Shown here: positions 1-13,130 of the stretch, piece after piece
How positions within the stretch are numbered: position 1 is the first letter of the stretch
How the letters are laid out: the number at the start of each line of letters is the position of its first letter
Assembly: GCA_003344405.1 (NCBI GenBank)
Contig: NOWV01000101.1
Location: forward strand, 124,001 to 188,000
Length of the DNA stretch: 64,000 nt
Reading direction: 5' to 3'
From: Trichoplax sp. H2
Lineage: Eukaryota
Made by a program: the position numbers and the translations under genes
The notes under the pieces: model-generated
Seen by the model: only the letters and a program-made list of their open reading frames with translations
Told to the model about the DNA's origin: nothing
Databases searched by the model: none

Positions 1-337
1 TACGTAGCATGACGTACTTTCATGATGTATCATGCATAGCTAGTTATAATGATACACAAGCAACGCCAAGTATGCACCGAACAAAATTGATAACAGTATT
101 TCAAACCCGGGACTTCTATAAGAGAAAATTGTTCAAAGTCCCTGTCCAAACTTACAAGCGGACAGTAGTTTATACAAGACAACTAAGGCTTTTATACAGA
201 CTCTACAGTACAGTACAGTAGTTAACTGTGATCGTTGCAAAAAGTTTTCAACTTTCCTAGGTAATATTGAATCTATAAAAGCACAAAGTCACTGGATTGA
301 CTCTAGATTATACAATATAGTTCGATGTATAGTACTA

Positions 338-799
<462 letters not shown>

Positions 800-1622
800 T
801 TAATTTAAGCTAATTGAATTAAATATGGAGATCAACGGGAAAAATTTTCAAGGAAAATTCGTCCTACTGCTAGCACAAGTAATGTACAGTACGATCATTC
901 ACTATACTATGTACTGTACCTTACAGTGTACAGTACAGTACAGTAGTCGTTGGTCAGCAAGAGTTTGAATGTGCAAAACGACTTGTCATTGCTGTTAGGG
1001 TCACCTCTTTGACGACATGGGTTTGTCTCCTGCTATTGAAGCAATCGCTTCACAGTACAGTACAGTACAGTAGTCGTTGGTCAGCAAGAGTTTGAATGTG
1101 CAAAACGACTTGTCATTGCTGTTAGGGTCACCTCTTTGACGACATGGGTTTGTCTCCTGCTATTGAAGCAATCGCTTCACTCAAAGGTATGACCATTTAT
1201 TTTGCACATTCTATTTGTCGTGCTGTAACCTAATACAGTACAGTACAGTACTGTAGTACAGTACTACTAGTTGACTGCGTAGAGATCACGCCACTGGCGT
1301 TGGCCCATCAGGGCGTTACAGGAAGAAAGTACATAGTACTGTACTGTACAGTACCTGTTAATACTGTGCACTGTAGAGGACTGGAGACTTGGCTTACTAT
1401 ACTGTTCAGTCATTGCGCAGAAAAGCTTGGAGTACACGTGATAGCTAGAAGGCCAAAATTGCAAATCTTGCAAGCAATTTCACCACCTAAAGATTCGACA
1501 GTCTTGTATAGTATCGCTTGACTAGGGATCATTTTCTATTTTACGCTACTTCAAGAGGAAATAAGATTGTCAACTACCTCAAATCAGTCAGAGTCATCCT
1601 ATNNNNNNNNNNNNNNNNNNNN

Positions 1623-2029
<407 letters not shown>

Positions 2030-2394
2030 TTAATTTAAGCTAATTGAATTAAATATGGAGATCAACGGGAAAAATTTTCAAGGAAAATTCGTCCTACTGT
2101 TAGCACAAGTAATGTACAGTACAGTACAGTACGATCATTCACTATACTATGTACTGTACCTTACAGTATACAGTACAGTACAGTACACTCGTTGGTCAGG
2201 AAGAGTTTGAATGTGCAAAACGACTTGTCATCGCTGTTAGGGTCACCTCTTTGACGACATGGGTTTGTCTCCTGCTATTGAAGCAATCGCTTCACTCAAA
2301 GGTATGACCATTTATTTTGCACATTCTATTTGTCGTGCTGTAACCTAATACAGTACTGTACTGTAGTACTGTACTACTAGTTGAATGCGTAGAG

Positions 2395-2404
2395 ATCACG
2401 CCAC
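2395..2404 (+). promoter_or_regulatory. Sterol regulatory element-like motif ATCACGCCAC upstream of IDI1 (duplicate at 1285-1294); E-box CACGTGAT at 2555-2562
   Basis: Fits the SREBP consensus ATCAC(C/G)CCAC and lies in the IDI1/MIURF divergent intergenic region. Confidence 0.45.
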
Positions 2405-2763
2405 TGGCGTTGGCCCATCAGGGCGTTACAGGAAGAAAGTACATAGTACTGTACTGTACAGTGCCTGTTAATACTGTACACTGTAGAGGACTGGAGACTT
2501 GGCTTACTATACTGTACAGTACTGTTCAGTCATTGTGCAGAAAAGCTTGGAGTACACGTGATAGCTAGAAGGCCAAAATTGCAAATCTTGCAAGCAATTT
2601 CACCACCTAAAGATTCGACAGTCTTGTATAGTATCGCTTGACTAGGGATCATTTTCTATTTTACGCTACTTCAAGAGGAAATAAGATTGTCAACTACCTC
2701 AAATCAGTCAGAGTCATCCTATCATACGTCAGAAATTGAATCAATTTGAGCCAAGCTTGTGGA

Positions 2764-2931
2764 ATGGAAGTGCCAACAAGAGTCGTTGCATTGCGATTTT
2801 ATAGGTCTTTGCTTCGTAGTGGAGCTAAATTACGTTATACGGATAGAGATTTCTATCGAAGATTAATTCGAACAGAATTCGAAAAAAATCGAAACCTTAC
2901 TAATCCTAAAGATATCAAATTTCAAATAAAA
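2764..2931 (+). CDS. MIURF: Duplicate of AltMIEF1/MIURF exon 1 next to the N gap at 3055-3074; probable assembly duplicate
   Basis: Same sequence as 3302-3469. Block ~2536-3054 is repeated at ~3075-3591. Confidence 0.75.
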
Positions 2932-3301
2932 GTATGCCATTACCAATAGTTCGGCTTACTAATGTCCAGTATCTTTGCAATTTTATTTCAACACGTTGAC
3001 AACCTGTGCAATAGCATTATTACTACTGTATAGTTTACGCGTATGCTATTTCAGNNNNNNNNNNNNNNNNNNNNGCAGAAAAGCTTGGAGTACACGTGAT
3101 AGCTAGAAGGCCAAAATTGCAAATCTTGCAAGCAATTTCACCACCTAAAGATTCGACAGTCTTGTATAGTATCGCTTGACTAGGGATCATTTTCTATTTT
3201 ACGCTACTTCAAGAGGAAATAAGATTGTCAACTACCTCAAATCAGTCAGAGTCATCCTATTATACGTCAGAAATTGAATCAATTTGAGCCAAGCTTGTGG
3301 A

Positions 3302-4395
3302 ATGGAAGTGCCAACAAGAGTCGTTGCATTGCGATTTTATAGGTCTTTGCTTCGTAGTGGAGCTAAATTACGTTATACGGATAGAGATTTCTATCGAAGA
3401 TTAATTCGAACAGAATTCGAAAAAAATCGAAACCTTACTAATCCTAAAGATATCAAATTTCAAATAAAAGTATGCCATTACCAATAGTTCGGCTTACTAA
3501 TGTCCAGTATCTTTGCAATTTTATTTCAACACGTTGACAACCTGTGCAATAGCATTATTACTACTGTATAGTTTACGCGTATGCTATTTCAGTTCGTGTT
3601 GTATGATAGGACAAGGCCCCTATGTGAATCAATCAATTCGACCTGAAATAGTGTACTTATGCTATACTTTATTAATATTCAGTGGTTCCACCAAGTCCTA
3701 ACGTAGGTATAATAATAGATAAGTTGCAAAATTTTACTAAACCTTATACAGAATACCCTATAGGATCACGCTAGGATACATGTCTAAAGGGTTGTTATAA
3801 TATAATGCATCACTTCGCTATGTCAATTTACTATTGCCTTTCGAACGCTACATCTTTCCATTATGAAATGGATCCTGTGAGCGAATAGTAAGCATATTTT
3901 CAAAAGGAATGGTCGTCCGGTTTACAAAGCTTTAAAACTCATAGTATGGAAGTGAAATTGAATACGATATTTTCTCTTGAATTCCTATTTGAGATTGCAA
4001 ACATACCAAATTATTACCCACTTAAACAGTCAAAATTTGTGATTCTTATGAAGTTAATTACGTAATTATCTAAACTGTTCACTTAAACTGTATTAACTCT
4101 AGGAGCAAATGCCCTTTAGGGTACTGTAAGCATAATGCACAGCACAACAAAAGTATTATAAAGATATTGTACTGTATGGTTAATTTTATTAACGTTGTCC
4201 TGATATTAAAACCCTTGCGACCATAAGTAAATACTATTGGTTCTACCTCAATGCAATAATATCTTTCACTATTGTAAATCTTAATATTAAAGCAACTTTT
4301 CTACAGCGCTTTACCTCATAAACTAACTTTTCGAATATTTATTATCCCAGAAAGCAAAGTTCCTATGTAATAGAAGCTTGAATGGCCTGATATAG
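3302..4395 (+). CDS. MIURF: AltMIEF1 / MIEF1 upstream-ORF-like LYR microprotein, 70 aa; exons 3302-3469 and 4351-4395
   Basis: Spliced product MEVPTRVVALRFYRSLLRSGAKLRYTDRDFYRRLIRTEFEKNRNLTNPKDIKFQIK|KAKFLCNRSLNGLI*. It has a LYR-like FYRSLLR and the LRYTDRDFY motif recalled from human AltMIEF1 (70 aa). Phase-0 GT-AG intron 3470-4350. Confidence 0.88.
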
Positions 4396-6389
4396 AGATT
4401 TTACTAGTTGATAATTCAAGCAGGTAATGATTAACTAAATCTTTATTTCTAAAGTTTCATAGCTTGAACTCATTAAACGCTAAACTTAACTTAGGCCGAG
4501 TAATATTTGTAATCTGAATTAGTACGGTATATATAGATTAAGTTTTTAATGGCATATGAATCACCTACTTAACTACTTATGTTTTCATAGATTTATGCAT
4601 TAAAACATTACACCTAAAAGATGAAACCGAACATTAATGGCAAGATATCAATACATAGTTAAATTTACCAATGGTGTATTTACTGGCGGAGTTCTTATGG
4701 TTTTCCTGTATTGACACATGCCTAGGACAGTAACTAAACCGACAATAAAATCTATCACAGGTCGCCAATACTATACTTGCGATAGAATAACATAAAATAA
4801 GTTATAACTATATACTGCATATACAGTGCAAATTCCTGGATTAGTAATTGTAATTTCATTACTGTTATATACTTATTATTGACATGCATTGCAATTGCTT
4901 TATAATCAAATTATTTTGTATGAAATGATAAAAGGCATATAAGACTAGAACGATATACTCGTACGTATGTGGTGTATACGAGTATACCTGACCAATGTCA
5001 TCGTAGTGTGCTAGGCTTGTATTATAGTAATATAGTTTGTATACATGTCCATCATTATTGGTTGCCATGATCTATGCAATGCTAGAATCGGGCAGAAGTA
5101 CTTTACAATGCATTACATTATATTAATATACGCGTATGTTATAAATATATCTGTAAGTATGTAAGCGTTGCACAGAATACTGCCCTCCACATCAATAAGA
5201 ATAGCGCTTTTGATATGGATCTCACATTGACACTCAGTGAATATAACAATTATAAGAAATCGTAAAATTGAAACTAAGTCACTAAAATTAATACCAAGTA
5301 GTATCTCAATACAATCTTGCTGTAGAACAGTTCTTGGAATCTGCAACAAACTACAGTATTTATATTGCAGTCTTATAGCAAATGCCTTTTATAAGACATA
5401 ATTATGCGATGCAAAATAAATAATCTCATTTTATACCTCGCTTAAAGGAATCAATCAATTCTTGCACTCTAAATGATAACGACAGTATCTACCCTAACCC
5501 TAACATTGTGCACTACCTGAAAACTATTATAATTCAACTAAACTGCATGTGAGTTTCATCTAATACCTAGAATTAGCTGTTCTGCAATAGCTAGAACGAT
5601 CGATCGATCTGATGGTTGTAACTTTAGGCAGTCATCACTGATTTGAAACTCGCTCTGTGTAAGATATCCGAACTATTGTAATAACAGCCAAAAACCGAAC
5701 CTCTGACACTCCTACCAAAGACTACAAATAAAGTAAGGGGAATTTCATAGCACAACTATGAAAACACTTTATAAAGTACTTGATGGTTCACCTTTTAAAA
5801 GTGAGATTTTATCTATTATGCTGATTATGTCCTTCCTACTGTAAAACGTTTACTGTATGCAAATAGAATAGGAGCAGGTTTCTAGCGCCGATTTTAGTAA
5901 CATCGCCAATAGTCTTACACTATTTGTGTACGTTACTCAATGAGTTTAGGCTTAGTACTTTTCTCTATCAGTTGTACTGTACAACAGTAATTCAATAAAA
6001 ACACTACCTTTTCGTAGAGTTGGAATTTATATATAAAATTTTATAAACTTCTTAATATGCTTATTAGCACCGAGTAATATTTGCTGAAGCAAAATACTGC
6101 GGCATTTTTCATGTATTTGAATAAACCATCTACCTACGCTAATTGCAAATATGACAATAGCAAGCCATAAAAAATTGCAAAAGTGTACCGGAGCTTTGAC
6201 CAGTATCTATACTCCAGTTACGTCATAATGGCACGTATTATAATCATCTAATATAGCACAAATATGTAATACCTCAGACAGTTAAAAATGTAGCTTATGA
6301 AGTGGTAATGGAATAGAAATATAAATAACGAGATAATGATAAAGTTAAGCATTGCACTGCATCATAAGTAATCTTCCGGAATGACAACA

Positions 6390-8403
6390 TTAGTCTGTTT
6401 TCCATGCATAGTCAAGAAATTGCATAATTTTCTCATATAATGTAAAGACAATAGCAACATCCAGGCAAACACGTCCAAGGCGAGGAGTTGTACCTTTATA
6501 GAATCTATCGAAATTGCGGATACAAACGGTTAGTTAGTACAGCAACTTAATCATCCTCATGTTATCACTATAGATGAGAAAGAGTAACTTACGCGAAGAA
6601 ACCTTCATTTCTTGCAATCTTTTGGACACAGTCGACAAATCCCTTATATTTGTGAGCATCGAGACCCTGAATTTTAAAAAGAAGACGTAAGAATTTGTAT
6701 CATAAATAGTGGTTTAGCACAATACGTATATAGTACCTGCATTCTAGTTTTTACGACATCAAGCGGGGTATTTCCAAAGACACTAGCAGCACCAGCGATA
6801 AATCCACTAGTAAACGTTTGCCAAATCTTAGCTTTTTCTTTGGAATCTCCCTGTAAGTACGACTTGATCCGGTTATAAACGAAAAAGCGTATCATTTGGT
6901 TGGAACCCTGCTTCAATATTGTCGCAGTTAAGCCTTGATATGTTCCTCGAAATCCTGTGTTTATCAATTAAAAGTATATAATTAATGACTCAAGACTTAT
7001 GAAACTGTTTAAATATATGAGATATGAACTACGATTGAAGTTTATAATATAAATTTTTGACGCGAGTGTCATTTTAAGCAAGACATATTATGGTGATAAT
7101 AGGCATTAGGTACATGTAGGTAATCAAGGGTTTACCTTCCTCTCTTACAATAGTTCTAACACCATGAAAGAACCCTTTATACTTTGGATTTGGTTGAGTT
7201 TGATCGTGAATAAACTTAACTTTTACAGTCTCCATAGGACAAACAATTAATATTGCTTCACCAACACCTGCACCTAAACCACATAACAGCGTTCTACCGC
7301 CACTTAGATTACCCTTTTCATCGACTAGGCGATTTCTCAAAAATTCATACACGGAAAACCTGTATGGAAAATGAGGTACTATAAACGTACATATACAAGT
7401 AGTACCGATTATAGAATCGGTAAGCAGAAATAAACCTTAACAATGCTACTTTCAATTATCATGCACTCCTCATTTACCTCACAGATGCCTTGGGTATAGA
7501 ACCATATAATAAAGAGCTTAATCCTCGATATAAGCCTAGGAAACCATGATTCTTGACAGTTACTTTAACACAATCTATAGGTCCTTTATACTGCGGTTTC
7601 GCTGAACGCTCATCTAATTGTAACTGTGTCTTGACGTATTCTGTAGGAAATGTTATACATATCTCCAGACCACCAGCAATTCCACCTGCATATTAATAAT
7701 ACAGAATATACATCGATTAGAAACTTTGCAATTCCGTACCACGTACATAACCATAGCACCATGATTCAATTTTTCTTGATTGCATATCGTATCACATCTG
7801 TAGCCAATACTAGCCAACGTCACTACTAAGTACACTAAACGGAGGAATTAACTAGTTTATCCAATGGAATGTACAGTGTAATATTGTACTGGATTATCGT
7901 TTCAATTCGGTAGTTTATCCTAATGCCCGTAGGTAATTTTCGAATCGATCGGAGTAGAGACCCCGAGAATCTGATATACTCTCTAGATCGGAGGCGTAAC
8001 GTAATCTTGTAAGGTGTACAGTACAGTACATGTACACTATCCGGCACTGAAGGTACATACAGTACATTACAGTACTGCACAGTACAACGTTTAACTATGA
8101 AAAGTAAATTCACGCCAACAAGTATCAAGCTAATCATAACATTTCAATAACATCATCATGGCGCATTCACCATTACACGGAAGAATTATAGGATCATCAA
8201 TATGATAGCATCATTGGAAATGGACAAGTTGACTAACCTGCCAAGATTGCTTTTACAGGATGCTTTTTCTTGCCTCCAGCGGGAGCAGCCGCTGCTACTA
8301 TATTGCGGCCTAAAAATGGATGAATCTTGTTCTTTGGTGGATTATTAATCAAGTTTTTTTCATTTATTCCAGGTGTGGAAGCCTTGGTCATTAACAGCTC
8401 CAT
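6390..8403 (-). CDS. SLC25A1: Mitochondrial citrate/tricarboxylate carrier; exons 8403-8238, 7685-7478, 7359-7136, 6954-6737, 6666-6593, 6504-6390
   Basis: [91 protein letters not shown]...WKTD*. All introns are GT-AG and in frame. Start may be 8403 or 8391. Confidence 0.97.
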
Positions 8404-8917
8404 ATTACACTACAACCTTGCCGTAATATGTAATGTTCTATTAAAAAAAATTGAAAAGCCTGGCGTTAAACCAAACTAAACCGAAGAGGTTAATAAATGA
8501 TTAAGCGCCGAGGCCAAAGGTTTCATAGAAAACTTTGAAATCCCCAAATTCGGTCTTTAATACCCGTGCTGCTATCAGAGCCTACGGTGGCTGCTTCTAC
8601 AGTACAGTACAGACAATTACAATACAATCTGTACGCTCCTTCCTGGCAACTCCCACGTTGATGAACCAAAGCAAACCACGCTGCCCTTTATTACAGTACT
8701 CGGTGTCACTGGCATGGTCGCTCTCTTTTACTACCCGACGGTTATACAGTGTACTGTACTGTAGTACTGTAAGAGCCAGTCATACCACATTACAGTACTG
8801 TACATCACTGGATTGACGTGTACACTGTGTAGTTAAGGTCACAGGCAGCTACGCCTGCTCAGTGTTCACAGTTTGGTTTCAAGTCCTGCGCAGACAGAGC
8901 CAGAGGTAACATGTAGC

Positions 8918-9033
8918 TTAACCCCGAGTAACCCCGAGTTACAGTACAGTACTGCAGCGCTTTAGAATTTTGCTTAACCACCATACTGTAGACGAATTGG
9001 ATTAACCCCAAGTAACCCCGAGTTAGAGTACTG
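8918..9033. repeat. Two copies of TTAACCCC(G/A)AGTAACCCCGAGTTA in the SLC25A1/GRN intergenic region
   Basis: Direct repeats at ~8918-8941 and ~9002-9025, each a dimer of a 10-bp unit. Confidence 0.7.
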
Positions 9034-9779
9034 TAGAGTACTATAGAATACATAAAAGAAAGAAACCACAGTAGAAAATTAAATTAATTAGATTAAAATT
9101 GTCGTGGATCAAAGATATAATCCATCAACACTAAAAATAGCTTCAATTTAGCGCTAACTCTGAATGAAATACTATACTATAAATATTGTATAGGGTTACG
9201 CTTGATGATTTTCTTTTATTTTCTACCTATTGAATCTGACCATCGAGGTAGAAAGACTTTATTTTTCACCTTTAATATTATTATTACCAGTTCAATCTGG
9301 TTCAATGAACTTATTGTGTACAATTGCAAATTACTGTACTGTACAGTATAATTAATTAATTAATTACAGTGTACACTGCGTTACAAATTGGCTTACCAGG
9401 AAGAGTTGGTGTGCATGTTTTAGGGTTAACCATGGACGTACGTACGGTACAGTAGTTACTCATAAACAGTATTATACTGTACGAGTATGTTAATATGTTC
9501 TACTGCTTCTTATATTTTCCAATTGTCAATAAAACAGATAGACTTGTCGCAATTGGTTTAAAAAAGCTTACAATGCAAAACAATGTCCATTGTAGAGTAT
9601 AATAGCATTTAGCATTTACTGTACTGTATTCTTTCAGTACACTACAGCACAGTACACAATCAGAATCAGAATCTCTGATCACATGATGCAATAGAAAGCT
9701 TCTCCTTCTCCTGCTCCCGTGACGCGAATAAAAAGCGAAAAATTGCATGATAGTCACGAGTCTCATTATTTAGCTCATC

Positions 9780-9940
9780 AGACACAGTACAGTACAGTAA
9801 CTGTACCCGTACTGTGCTGTACAGTACTGTACAGTACAGTGCTCTTCTACTGTACTGTAAGTGTACTGTACTGTACTGTAAAACTGTACAGTGTACAGTA
9901 CTGTACAGTACAGTACTCACTCTACAGTACAGTACTTCAA
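9780..9940. repeat. CAGTA/TACTG microsatellite island
   Basis: Dense CAGTA, TACTG and TGTACA units, upstream of the probable non-coding first exon of GRN (possible donor gtaag at ~10107). Confidence 0.9.
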
Positions 9941-11612
9941 TACGGTGCGTTGATTGCATGATATTTAAATACGGTTAAACAAATAACGCCGAGAAGTCTT
10001 TTATGTCTATAGTGTCTGAAGAATTTATCATTTTGGATTAAGTTAAAGCAAGTATTTCTTGTCGAGCCAACTTAGCTGAAAGAAAGCTTGAAGCCTAGAA
10101 AAATTTGTAAGTTTAAAAAAATTAGACAGCTATAATATTATAATCCATCAATGCTTTAGGAGAGTGAAAGTTTTATCATTGTACTGTGCTCAGTGCTCAC
10201 GCTCAAATATTAGCAATCTTGATATCTTTTTTTGTAAAGTTTTTGCAAAGCATCAGTGCAGTGCTGTCAGGGTTGAGTGCAATGATATTGAAAATGTCTG
10301 TTAATTCCTGGATAGAAAGAGAAATGGGATCATAGCTAGGTCTAGGACTATCGAATTACGAATATTGTTGCTCATAAGCTAGCAATTAGGAAATGAAAAT
10401 AGTCGTCATTATGAACCGTTTGATGTGAGCATCGAAGCAGAGCTGCTTCGATATTTTCCTTTTACTGTATACAAAAAGCAAAATGAATTGAGTAGTCATC
10501 GAATATACCAACTTTAGCAATAATCATAGCCTGTTCTAACATACTGTACTGACGTTAGAAGTAATAAATTAACTTGTAACTACACCAACTGCTGATTGGA
10601 GATGGAGCACTCGATCGCATTCATCACCTTTCCGATCAAACCTTGTTAGTAAGTCATAAATACATGATCCTTCGATGAACTAGTACTGTACAGTGTACAG
10701 TACACAACAGCAAGGAAACATACTCAAAACAGACTCTACACACTGGTGTACTACTGTACAGTATTGTACTTTCTATCAGCATTTACGGTACTGTAACACG
10801 TAGAGTTTTTTCTTAACTCTATGACTGCACTGTACAGTACAGTATGATGTCATCTTAACTGTACGGTGTGTGAATCACGCGAAGCGACTGAATCGAACCA
10901 AACGTTCTTAGTACGCTACGTTACCATAGAGCCGAGCTTCTGACAAGAATGTGATGCTAGTAAATTAATTAATAGGATATAGAAAGATTTGACCGTACAG
11001 TATATGGAATCTTTTGACGATACTAATACTTGCAAACTACTGGAATAGTGAAGCAATTGATTACCTTAAAAAGTAAAATAAAATGAAACTAAACTTACTT
11101 ACTTGTCTTCACCATGTGTAAAATCAGCACAGTACCATTGACTGAATATCAATATCTATAACGAGAATCCTAGTACAGCCATTTAGCGTTAGCGTACGGC
11201 CTTTGTCATAATTTACAAGTATGTACGTATTGTACTTGGTATGATTTATGATCACTAAAATTAAACCTAACCGTATCGATTTAAACATTAAAGCGGCAAT
11301 CTTCTACAATACATTTCTTAATATACGCATTGAGTAGTGATTGATTGTACCGGCACTGTTGGTTGCACAGTTTCATAAGAATACTTAAATTGATCGATGA
11401 AATTAAATTAATAATTCATTACATGTTATTATAATCAATATTACTACGGAGAACAGTTCACTTTTTGCCTATTAGATGACAATGCTTCTACTCTGATCAT
11501 TGTATTTCACTGTGCTAAACTATGAATCTGAATCCCATGCAGTATGTGTGTAATACTATAATAGTTCGCAGATTTAAAAGTGTTTTCCTTACTCTTTCCT
11601 TTTATCAGGATA

Positions 11613-13130
11613 ATGAAGACCATTTTAATAACATTAGCCGCTGTCTTAGTGGTTGTTAATGCTGCCGTTTGTCCAGGTGGGCAATCTGAATGTCCAGCTG
11701 GTACTACCTGCTGCAACCTAGGTAGTGGTCAGTATGGATGCTGTCCATTCCCTAACGCTACATGTTGCGCGGATCACGAACACTGCTGCCCTGGTGGATA
11801 CACATGCAATACTGGTGCTGGCACTTGCCAAGTAGGTACTACAGTAATTACTATGCGAAAGAAAATTCCAGCTACACCTGCTCCTGCCAAGAATGGAGTA
11901 TGTCCTGATGGTCAGTCTGAATGCCCGACTGGAACAACCTGTTGTATATCAGCCTCTGGTGCTTACGGTTGCTGCCCATTCCCTAATGCAAGTTGCTGCT
12001 CAGATAAAGAACACTGCTGCCCAAGTGGTTATACATGTGATGTTTCAGCTGGTACATGTACAATGGGTCCCTTGCAATTACCTATGTATGCTAGATTTGA
12101 TGCTAAAAAAAATAACAAAAAGGTAAAGGTTAGCCAACCAGCTAGTAATGGAGTTTGCCCAGATGGTACTTCGGAATGCCCAGTAGGTACTACATGCTGC
12201 AAGTCAGCTTCTGGTTCGTATGGTTGTTGCCCATACCCCAATGCTACTTGCTGCTCCGATATGGAACACTGCTGTCCTAGTGGCTTTACTTGTGATGTTA
12301 GCGGTGGTACCTGCCAAATGGGTACTGTAAAATTGCCTATGTTCGCTAAATTATCACCAAAAAAGGTCAAAGCTCCAGCAGCTAACGGTGTTTGCCCCGA
12401 CGGTATCTCTGAATGCCCTAGCGGTACCACTTGCTGTAAATTAGTATCAGGATCATATGGATGCTGTCCTTATCCCAACGCTGTTTGCTGTTCCGATCAT
12501 GAGCATTGTTGTCCTAGTGGATACACATGCAATGTTGGTGCTGGTACGTGCCGAGCAGGTAACATCGAAGTGCCCATGTTTGCCAAATTTTCCGTCAAGA
12601 AAGTAAAAACTCCAGCATCTAATGGTGTCTGTGCTGATGGCCAATCAGAATGCCCTGCAGGCACAACATGTTGCAAATTAGCTTCCGGCAGTTACGGCTG
12701 TTGCCCATATCCAAATGCTACCTGTTGCTCCGATAACGAACATTGCTGCCCTGGCGGATATACATGTAATGTTGGTGCTGGAACTTGCTCCATGGGTACT
12801 ATCAAGCTACCAATGCTAACTAAAATTCCAGTTATGAAGCGTGCCCCAAGCCCAAAGAATGGAATGTGCCCTGGTGGTCAGTCCGAGTGTCCATCAGGAA
12901 CTACATGCTGCAAACTAGGATCCGGCTCTTATGGTTGCTGCCCTTTCCCTAATGCAACTTGCTGCTCCGATATGGAACATTGTTGTCCATCAGGATTCAC
13001 TTGCAATACCGGTGCTGGTACGTGCTCGTTGGGCAAGATAGAACTACCAATGTTTGCCCGAATCTCTGCCAAGAAAGTCGAGAAGTCTAAAAAACCCAAG
13101 AAAAACTTCTTCAACATGTTTATTTTGTAA
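11613..13130 (+). CDS. GRN: Progranulin: signal peptide plus six full 12-Cys granulin modules in a single coding exon
   Basis: MKTILITLAAVLVVVNA signal peptide, then six C..C..CC..CC..CC.D..HCCP..C..C modules. Acceptor tttatcag at 11608 precedes the ATG. Confidence 0.95.
   Translation: MKTILITLAAVLVVVNAAVCPGGQSECPAGTTCCNLGSGQYGCCPFPNATCCADHEHCCPGGYTCNTGAGTCQVGTTVITMRKKIPATPAPAKNGVCPDGQSECPTGTTCCISASGAYGCCPFPNASCCSDKEHCCPSGYTCDVSAGTCTMGPLQLPMYARFDAKKNNKKVKVSQPASNGVCPDGTSECPVGTTCCKSASGSYGCCPYPNATCCSDMEHCCPSGFTCDVSGGTCQMGTVKLPMFAKLSPKKVKAPAANGVCPDGISECPSGTTCCKLVSGSYGCCPYPNAVCCSDHEHCCPSGYTCNVGAGTCRAGNIEVPMFAKFSVKKVKTPASNGVCADGQSECPAGTTCCKLASGSYGCCPYPNATCCSDNEHCCPGGYTCNVGAGTCSMGTIKLPMLTKIPVMKRAPSPKNGMCPGGQSECPSGTTCCKLGSGSYGCCPFPNATCCSDMEHCCPSGFTCNTGAGTCSLGKIELPMFARISAKKVEKSKKPKKNFFNMFIL

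Noticed and set aside
2640-2662. AGGGATCATTTTCTAT resembling U3 snoRNA box A
   Set aside because: No GAC/A' box before it and no boxes C', B, C or D after it; it leads into the MIURF 5' region.
9500-9961. Short ORFs rich in YSTVQ/LYCTV (also 37904-38526, 42267-42549, 45826-46179, 60914-61505)
   Set aside because: These are translations of the CAGTA microsatellite, not proteins.
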